Source of the DNA: a virus
Reading direction: 5' to 3' (one strand)
DNA: 64,000 nucleotides
Virus record (IMG/VR): IMGVR_UViG_3300021085_000019
Location: 1 to 64,000 of that record
Of the stretch, positions 10,201 through 18,700 are shown piece after piece. The notes beneath the pieces are model-generated. The model was not told where the DNA came from, made no database searches, and saw nothing but the letters and a program-made list of their open reading frames with translations. Each line of letters opens with the position of its first letter. Positions within the stretch are counted from its first letter, which is position 1. Position numbers and translations under genes: made by a program.

Positions 10201-12463
10201 AGCTGAAGAGGACGGTATCTTAGGAACTGTTTGGAACGAATGGCAGACTAACTGGACCGGTAGACAAGTAGAAGAAGAAGTTCAACAAAATAGAGGGATT
10301 AGAGCTGGTGGTGATTTCTGGTGGAATAGAAGACTTTTCGGAAGACCAAATCAACAACAAACTATAACAACAACTACTGTAACTTCTAATCAATCTAGAT
10401 CAGGACTAAGAACCGATGTAGCCTTTGATACGGTAACAAGGGAGAGCAGTAACCGAATTGTTGAAGTTAACTTTGTTCCATTTATGAGATCAAGGAAAAT
10501 TTACTTTAAAGCTTCTAGAATGAAGCCTAACACCAAGGTATATGCTTTCTTTAACGATGTTAATGTTACTGCATTTTGTAGAGAAGAAGCGTATCAAGAG
10601 TGGTCTGATACTAGTACTGTTCTTAATTATGCAGGAGCTACATCACACCCAGGAGGAAGTTCTGGTGTATTAAATACAGATAATCAGGGTAAAATTAGTG
10701 GCACGTTTATTATACCTAGAAACACTAGTACTAAATTTAAAACTGGTGTAAAGGAATTTAGATTATCAGATTCACAAACTAATGATAAGGCAGCAGAAAA
10801 TACTTCAGCTGAAACTTTATTCCACGCTCAAGGTTTAATTGAATCTACTGAAAGAACTATTACTAACACTAAAGTTCCAAGGTTAGAAACCTCTAGATTA
10901 AGCGACTCGCGGGTTATCAGTGAAACATTCAATAGAACAACGACTACATGGTCAGATCCACTTGCTCAATCTATTTTAATTGAAAAGTCAGGCGGTATCT
11001 TTGTAACTTCTGTTGACTTGTTCTTCAAATCTAAGTTTACAATTAAGACTGGAGATGATACTGACATTCCAGTATCAGTAAGTATTGTCGCGAATGAAAA
11101 TGGCATACCGACTCAGGTCACTATACCTGGAACAGAAGTTGATAAATATTCTGCCAGCGTAAACGTGGATGCAGTTAATGCTACAGCCGCCACACGATTC
11201 ACTTTCGATCATCCGGTTTATTTAATGCAAGATCAGGAATACTCAATTGTAATTCAATCACAGTGTGATGAGTACGAAGCCTGGGTTGCTGAAATGGGAG
11301 GCTTTGATGTTGCTAATACGGAAACTAGAATTAATAAGCAACCTCATGGAGGTTCATTCTTTACATCTCAGAATGCATCTACTTGGACTCCAGATCAAAG
11401 TAAAGATCTTAAGTTTACACTTAATCGTGCAGAGTTTAGTTCATCTCAAAAAGAACTATATTTAGTAAACGACGTTATACCGGTTAAAAGTCTAAAATCA
11501 GATTCACTTGCAACAACTTCTGGATCTAATGTAATTACAGTAAGACATAAGAATCATGGGTTACATGGAGCATCTTGTAAAGTTACAATTGCAGGAGCAA
11601 CTGGTTTTAATAATATTAATGCCAGTGATATTAACGGAACACACACAATAAGCGGTGTTAAACATGATTCGTATAATATAACAGTTGGGAGTACTAATGC
11701 AGATGCTACTGGCTCTGGCGGAGGAAGTTCAATTACTGCAACTGAAAATTATCATTATGACTTATGTCAATTAGTAGCAGCAACTACTATTGTACCTGGA
11801 ACTGATATAAGATTCTATCTTACTCCATGTTCAGGAAAATCTATTAATGGTAATGAAGTGGCGCATACTATGGATAATAGTAATCCAATTGAAATATTGC
11901 CAAATATGAATAACATTTTTAATGCGCCCCAAGTAGTTGTTTCTGGTAATAACGAAAGCTTAGTAACTGGAGCTGGAAAATCATTTAAGGTTAAAGCAGT
12001 ACTTACATCAAATAGTACTCACTTAACTCCGGTTTTAGATGCTAATAGACTTTCAGCTATTCTAGTTCAAAATAGAGTTGGTGATAATGGAGATGTAGCA
12101 GAAACAAATGCTTATGGCGGATCAGAACTTTGTAAATATATAACTAAGAAGATTGACCTAGCTGAAGAGGCAGATGTTATTGATCTTTATCTTTCGGTTA
12201 ATAGACCTTCAGGTTCTAATGTAGATGTGTATTATAAGACATCGCCTGCAGGATCTGATGTAGACTTTAATTCACTGGCATGGCAAGAAGCTAATCCTGC
12301 AGCATCGATACCTATTAATAACGGTGATGTTTATAGTGAGGTTAAATATAATATTGATCCAACTGGAAGTTTTGGTTCACTAGCATTTAAATTAATTTTA
12401 AGATCTAACAATTCTTCTACGCCTCCAACGGTAAAAGACTTACGAGCGATCGCAGCTACATAA
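7241..12463 (+). CDS. Large virion structural protein, VrlC/DUF4815-like (probable baseplate periphery or fibre anchor)
   Basis: PYNDDY...NYHRILFRPGYAVQARELTQMQT; APGANRY; RTHDESGDY; YTMKDIGKLDKRIKNLEYYTSLSLLE; DPLAQS; follows gp8 as in cyanophage-type myoviruses. Confidence 0.85.
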   Translation: MTTTNIKVFPEGPYNDDYLKTQSDGSTVETKNYHRILFRPGYAVQARELTQMQTMLQAQIDRHGQYAFKDGSRVVNGELSLNVEYDFIKLESTTELSLFENTVITGTNGVKARVIQAVSAVDASNPDTLYIKYLKADAASKTISVFAAGDNFSSNASSSKSGQVRTTTSESDPAVGKGSSVSISEGVYFISGCFVYVAPTTIILDKYTNNPSYIIGLQVIEDIVSSGEDGTLVDNAQDVPNTSAPGANRYQVKTQLIKQPIDINSRTVDNYITLLTVNNGEVSIDKTDKTEDTGLTLRLAQRTHDESGDYVVKPFELEILEHLNDTTNFGKYLQSDGGDIDKIAIGVEPSTAYVQGYRNQKVGTTYVEIDKPRGADATGFLNESNTQINFGNYIKLNASNFARVPDLEGFETINLVDTTSGTTTVGTARVRGMEFFANPDHIRLYLFDINITHGSKTFSDVDKVTGSGSFSANFLAGSEGTRFDVGNNVAVFKLPQSAIKTLADPSRDTTYSIKRKFNQTTSATGELSFSTAVGLFTDHDDVIIAPSNGPIKTDVSSSIVTGTGNGTNGLEYTNAIGIGNNIACEIIATIKKTIAPKTKTKTTFAKTINVTNGDTASYDLGHSDVIEVVSIVDSTSANITEDFTLDNGQRDNFYDTGKIVKNGGTGTVPTGNMIVTFKYYTHGAGDYFCVDSYPAQDYADIQSFSSSAGSVDLRDCIDFRPRKDNTSSNFSGTGSSLSGAPKVGHALTADINYYLPRIDKLVMKRDGGFEVIKGVPSEYPQPPSDKEDALTLYQLKLKPYVFTLNDVIPVIQDNKRYTMKDIGKLDKRIKNLEYYTSLSLLEQSAADVHMVDGNGLTRLKNGIIVDSFKDHTIIDSAHKETSESIDKENGLLRPECPSKNINLITDPSQSGSSIAQKRGSNWILNYSEVAHTVQPYASVAINVNPYNVFTWDGRVQLSPESDEWKETDVRPDVVIDDDGQYEQFVARAEEDGILGTVWNEWQTNWTGRQVEEEVQQNRGIRAGGDFWWNRRLFGRPNQQQTITTTTVTSNQSRSGLRTDVAFDTVTRESSNRIVEVNFVPFMRSRKIYFKASRMKPNTKVYAFFNDVNVTAFCREEAYQEWSDTSTVLNYAGATSHPGGSSGVLNTDNQGKISGTFIIPRNTSTKFKTGVKEFRLSDSQTNDKAAENTSAETLFHAQGLIESTERTITNTKVPRLETSRLSDSRVISETFNRTTTTWSDPLAQSILIEKSGGIFVTSVDLFFKSKFTIKTGDDTDIPVSVSIVANENGIPTQVTIPGTEVDKYSASVNVDAVNATAATRFTFDHPVYLMQDQEYSIVIQSQCDEYEAWVAEMGGFDVANTETRINKQPHGGSFFTSQNASTWTPDQSKDLKFTLNRAEFSSSQKELYLVNDVIPVKSLKSDSLATTSGSNVITVRHKNHGLHGASCKVTIAGATGFNNINASDINGTHTISGVKHDSYNITVGSTNADATGSGGGSSITATENYHYDLCQLVAATTIVPGTDIRFYLTPCSGKSINGNEVAHTMDNSNPIEILPNMNNIFNAPQVVVSGNNESLVTGAGKSFKVKAVLTSNSTHLTPVLDANRLSAILVQNRVGDNGDVAETNAYGGSELCKYITKKIDLAEEADVIDLYLSVNRPSGSNVDVYYKTSPAGSDVDFNSLAWQEANPAASIPINNGDVYSEVKYNIDPTGSFGSLAFKLILRSNNSSTPPTVKDLRAIAAT

Positions 12464-12478
12464 TGAGGAATAAAAGTA

Positions 12479-12706
12479 ATGCCTAGAAAAAAGAAAGTTG
12501 AAAATAATCCTAGCTTAGTGAGGGATACCACCAATCAAGCTATTATAAATACTAATACAGATGCTTTTGTCGCAAGACGAGCTCAGATTAAAGCAATAGA
12601 AAACAAAATAAAACTTGATGAGCAGCAATCGATTGATATAGATAATCTTAAGAGCGATGTTGCTGACATTAAGAAAATGTTACAGAAACTAATTGGTGGG
12701 AAATAA
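12479..12706 (+). CDS. Small coiled-coil protein typically found after the VrlC-like gene
   Basis: LVRD...AIINTN motif and heptad C-terminus (LKSDVADIKKMLQKL); GAGG SD upstream; stop overlaps next ATG. Confidence 0.75.
   Translation: MPRKKKVENNPSLVRDTTNQAIINTNTDAFVARRAQIKAIENKIKLDEQQSIDIDNLKSDVADIKKMLQKLIGGK
12544..12551 (+). promoter_or_regulatory. T4-type late promoter (probably for the 2830-aa fibre)
   Basis: Exact TATAAATA inside the 75-aa ORF. Confidence 0.55.
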
Positions 12707-15700
12707 TGGCTAACAAAGAAACTAGAATTTATAAAACGGATACACTGGAAACTCTTAGGCAAAAGTCTAATGAAATTTCGTTGCACTTAGGAGATAACGA
12801 ACAGCTTAATTCGTTAATGGCTGATAAGACTTATGTTTATTCTGCAGCTGCAGGTGATACTTTATTTGCTGGTGCTGATACTTCAAGTCCAGCTAAAACA
12901 GCACGGTTTGAAGTAAGTCCTACACACACTGTAGATAATACCGGCGGATATATTGTTCTTAAGAGCGTATCTTCACTAGATAGTTCATACATTCCAGGAA
13001 ATATTATTTATCAAGGTACTTCTGGATCTGCTAGTTATTCCGCTACTATTGTTTCAGCGTCAACGGATAGAATTTTAGTTAGAGATTCTTCAGGAAATTT
13101 TAGCACTTCTACTGACTTAAAAGTTGGAACAGGATCTCCAGACGTAATTGCACATGCAAATATTGAAAGAATAGTTATTGAAGCAAATCCAGTTGGAATT
13201 GTTAGAGTTTATAAAAATGGAACAGAACTAAATCAAGCAATGGTAACTAATGGTTTCCATGTAGCTGATATTAGAGCAACGATTACACATACTGGATCTC
13301 CAACACTTACGGATTTTACAAGAGGCGTTACTATTTACCAAGGTAGCTCTCAATCAACTCAAGCTGGAGTTGAAGCAAATGCTGATTGGTATGGTACTCT
13401 ACACTCAGTTTCTGGTGGAGTTATTAGAGTAAAAACTTACAACGGAAACTTTATTACATCTGGCGCTGGTTCATCTATAAGAGCTTTAGGTTCTAGTAAT
13501 ACAATTACTTCGCACGGAAGTCTTACTGCAATAGATAATACTTACGGATCTTATATCGAGTTAACAACACCTGCTTCATCGTCTGATCAGATTAAAGTTT
13601 TTTCACTAGATGTTGTAGCTGCAATTAACGAATTGCAAGATGATATTGGTGGTGTTGAAAGTTTAACAACTGCTGCTAATAACTTAGTTCTAGCAATTAA
13701 TGAACATGATGCAGAACTTGGAACAATTACTGCATCAGCAATGGGTACAGCAGCTTCAACTGTAAGTACTGCTATTAGAGAACATGAGGATCAGATCGGT
13801 AATGAAAGTATTAGTAGTGTCGATGCTGAAGATTCTAATAATACAATTACTGGCGCATTAAATCAATTACATGCTGAAGTAGGTGATGTTACTTCTACTA
13901 ACTTAGGAACATCCGCTTCAAACTTAACGGCAGCAATTAGAGAGCATGAAGATCAAATTGGTAATGATAATATTAACGCAATTTCTTCTACTAATAATAC
14001 AATTAAAACTGCGCTAAATCAATTACATACTGAGATCGGTTCATCGGTACTTACAGATAATTTACCTACTGATTTTGCCTATAATGTAACCGATCACACT
14101 ACTGCAACAAATACAATGTCTTCCTTTATTGGTAATACTTCTATTGCTAATATCGGAACAACAGATACTGTAACAGGCGCATTACAAAAATTACATGCTG
14201 AACTTGGTTCATCTTCAATCACAGATAATCTACCTACTGATATTACATATACAGTAACAAATCATACGACCGCGCTTAACACAATGTCTGCCTTTATCGG
14301 TAGCACATCGATTAATAATATTGGTGCACCAGACACTCTTACTGGAGCATTGCAATCGTTGCACGGTGAAATTGGTAATATGGTATTTGGATCTTCAGGT
14401 CCTGTAGATACTGTTAATTCGACAACACTAACTGGCGCGGTAAACGTCCTAGATGCTGAAATCGGTAATACAAATTACAACAGTGTGGGTACTGATATTA
14501 GTACTGCTTTATTAAACTTATATAATGACATTTACACGACCGCTTCTGTAACTGGCTTAAACACAACCGCTACTCATTTGGTTGGAGCAATCAACGAATT
14601 AGAACAAGATTTGTTTAATGCCGAAGGCGGAACTAAAAGAACTAGATCGAGTTTATTGACTTCAGATAAGACTTCTATTGTAGATGCAATTAATGAATTA
14701 CACACTGAGTTATATACTTCTGGTGCTTCGTTCACTGGTCTCTCAGCTAATAATTTTAAATCTGCTATTAACGAACTAAGAGCAGAACTTGGTGATGTTA
14801 ATGATATTAATAATGCTACTGGATATTCTGCTACAACAGCTGTAACTGGTATCACAGAAATTCAAGGCGATATCGGAAATGTTGATGCATTAACTTTAGA
14901 GGCTGGCACAATTGTCGGAGCTCTTAATGAAATTGAAGCTATCTTCGATGCATCAACAAGAGAAATTAGCGCAAGCAGTGATCCTTTTACTGTTACATCA
15001 GGTTCGTTCCTGATAAATTCATCGGGCAACATTGTATTCGACAATGGAACAAATCACACTGTGTTGAAAAAAGACGGTGTTGAATATGCTAGATTTACAA
15101 AGAGCGGAACAGATTTTCAATTAAAAGCTGGACATTTAGGTGCTTTATTCTTAACAGCATCAGGTCAAAATGCAACTTTTGCTAATAACTTAACAGTAGA
15201 CAATAATTTAGAAGTAGATGGTACTGCTGGAGTTGATGGTAACTTTAGAGTTGGAGTATCAGGCAGTAGCCGCTTTACTGTAGCTGCTTCTAATGGTAAT
15301 ACTTCAGTCGGTGGTACACTTGGAGTAACAGGAAATACTACTCTCGGCGGAACGCTTGGAGTAACAGGAGCTACAACTTTATCTTCAACATTAAATGTTA
15401 CTGGAGCTGCTGAATTAGTTTCATCATTAGGCGTTGATGGTAATTTAAGAGTAGGATCTAATAAGTTTAATGTAACAGCATCTAATGGTAATACACAAAT
15501 TGATGGAACTCTTGAAGTTGATGGCTCTACTGGAATTGATGGTAACTTTAGAGTTGGCGCTGAAGGTGCAAGTAAGTTTACTGTGACTGCTTCCAACGGT
15601 AATACTACAGTGTACGGAACACTTGGTGTAAGTCAACATACTTCGGTATCTAGTCTTTCAGCTTCTGGTAATGCAAGCGTTGGTGGTACATTAGGTGTTA

Positions 15701-18700
15701 CTGGAGCTACAACTTTATCTTCAACATTAAATGTTACTGGAGCTACTGAATTAGATTCAACACTAGGTGTTGATGGCAACTTAAGAGTTGGTAATAATAA
15801 GTTTAATGTAACAGCAACTTCTGGTAATACTCAAATTGATGGCACATTAGAAGTTGATGGCTCAGTTGGAATTGATGGAAACTTTAGAATTGGATCTAAC
15901 AGTCCTTCTCCAAAATTTAATGTTACTTCATCAAGTGGTAATACAACAATTGGTGGTACATTAGGCGTTGATGGAAATACTACTATCGCCGGGACTACTA
16001 CAATAACAAATACTACTCAATCATCAGTAAGTAGCGCAACAGACGGAGCATTGATTGTAGCTGGTGGCGTATCGATTGGTAAGAATCTATATGTTGGTGG
16101 AAACTTACAGGTTGAAGGTACACAAACAATTCTAAACACTGAGACTTTAACTGTTGAAGATACATTAGTTCTTGCAGGTAACAATTTATCATCCGAGCCA
16201 ACTACTGGCGGATTTGGTTTAGAAGTTGGTCCAATTACAAGTCCAAGCGGTGTAGCTTCAAACGTAACTGGTGCTCATAGTATTGTATATAACTATGCTA
16301 CTGATCGATGGGAAGCTGATGGTTCATTAATTCTATCAACAGCGACGCTTGCAACTCCTCAGGTCGAAGGTGTTGATTTTGGTCCATCTGATAACTTAAC
16401 ATTTAACGCAGGTGTTGGTCTAAGTGAGACTGTTACAAAAACAGGGGCTACAATCGTTACTCAGTATGTTAATACTGATAGAGGTTCTGTTGCGGCAGCT
16501 GCTCTTAATATATTCTCTAGTGTAGTTCCTTCATCAGGTACAACTGCAACAGCTGATAATAATAATGATGCATTGAATCTTACACAAGGTACTGGTATTT
16601 CTACAGTAGGTGATGGCGATAATGTTATTACTATTACAAATACTGATAGAGGTTCTGTTGCTGCTTCAGCATTAAGAATGTTTAAAACTATCTCTCTTGC
16701 CGATGTGCCAGATTCAACAAATGCTGATGTTGTAGCTGATTCAAATGCTGATATTCTTAAGTTAAGAGCTCTTGATGCTATCACATTAACATCTGATTCA
16801 AATAATGATATTATTAGTATTGATCATGATGACTTTGGTACTGCTGGAACATATGGTCCAGACGTTCAAGACGGCGAATATATTAAATCGATTACTGTAA
16901 ATTCTCAAGGTCACGTTACAGCCATAACAACTGATGATTTTGATACAAGATACGAAGCTTCAGATCCTACATGGGCATTATTTAATAATACAACTAAAAT
17001 TGACGATGTTGCAAGTGGAGATACTGTCAAATTTATTGGTGGTAATGCAATTGATTTAGTAAGTTCACACACTTCTGGAACTTCTACTTTACAGTTTAAT
17101 CATGCTAATACATCAAGCGTATCTAGTCTATCTTCAGATAATTCAGGCGGTAACGTATTACAAGATATTTCATTAACATTCGATACATACGGTCACGTAA
17201 CAGCTAGATCAATTGGAACTGTCAATTTAGATAACAGATATATTAGATCTTTCCAAGTTGAAGATGGAGATGGTACTGAAGTTACGATTAATCAGGCAAA
17301 TGAATGGAAATTTGTAGAAGGTTCTGGCACTGGTGCTACGATTGATATTAATTGGACTGATACATCTAATGGTTCAAATACAGATCCTTATGATTTGACA
17401 TTTACTGTAAATAACACAGACAGAGGTTCTGTTGCTGTAGCACCATTAAGAATATTTAAGTATGTTGCTTCAGATAGCGGAACTGCAGAAGCAGATAGTA
17501 CTGCTGATACATTAACAATTGCAGGTGGTACAAATATTAATACAGCTGTTGTAGGTGATACACTTACTATCAATAATGAATATGTTTATAATCACCCAAC
17601 ATATAACGGTGATGATTTCAGTATCGATACCGGACTACTTAGCGGTGCAACTGTAATTTCCGATTTAGATATTAATGTTACAACTGATACATTAGGACAT
17701 GTCGTTGATGCTAATGGTACAGTAGCTACAAGAACCTTAATACCGGGCGATTTAGGTATTTATGGTTGGGATCTACACGAAAATGGTAGTTCATCACCAA
17801 TAGTTAATAACATATTAAATGATCAAGTAGATTTTGTAAATGGTAATCACACAACTGCAGTTGTTACAAATCCATCTGCTAATAATGGCCGTGTAACATT
17901 TAATCACAACACCTTCACATCAGGCGGAACATTCGTAGGTGGTGCCAATAACGGTATCGTAATTGAAGATTTTTATATTGATTCGTATGGTCACGTTAGA
18001 AGTGTTGGAACAAGAGATCTTGATGGCAGATATGATAAATATGACGAATGGAGAATTCAAGATAACGGTGATTCTACAACACAATATGGTAAAGTAAGTT
18101 CTGCTACAGAAGATAGTACTGGATATGTAAAATTTATCAATGGTACTAATACAACAACGGAGAGAGGTGGTTCTGGTACTGTATCCGATCCGCATACAAT
18201 CAAAGTTAACTTTGTAAATCCAGGATATATATCATCTCAAAGATCTGCTACATTCGATGCAACACAAAGCACAGCTAACAGTAATAATAATCCATACTTA
18301 ACTATGAGTGATGCAGGCCCGCATAACGTAAAAATCGTTGGTGGTACTAATGCTACTGTTACAAGAAATAGCGATAATCAAATTACTATTGCGGCCACTG
18401 ACACAAACGATGATGTAAATGATACTAACTTGAGAGCAAAGCTTGAAGCATTAAATCCAGATCAAGGTATTGTTTATATTGGAGATACCGGTAACGATCT
18501 AGATCTTAAAATCAGAGGTAATCTGACAGTTCTAGGCACTCAGACGATCATGAATACTGAGACTGTTACTACTCATGATAATAAGATTGAGCTTAACTCA
18601 AATGCTGCTTCTACTCCTACTGAAGATGCTGGTATAATCGTTAATAGAGGATCATCAACGAACGCACAAATTTACTGGAGTGAAGCAAGCGATAGATGGT

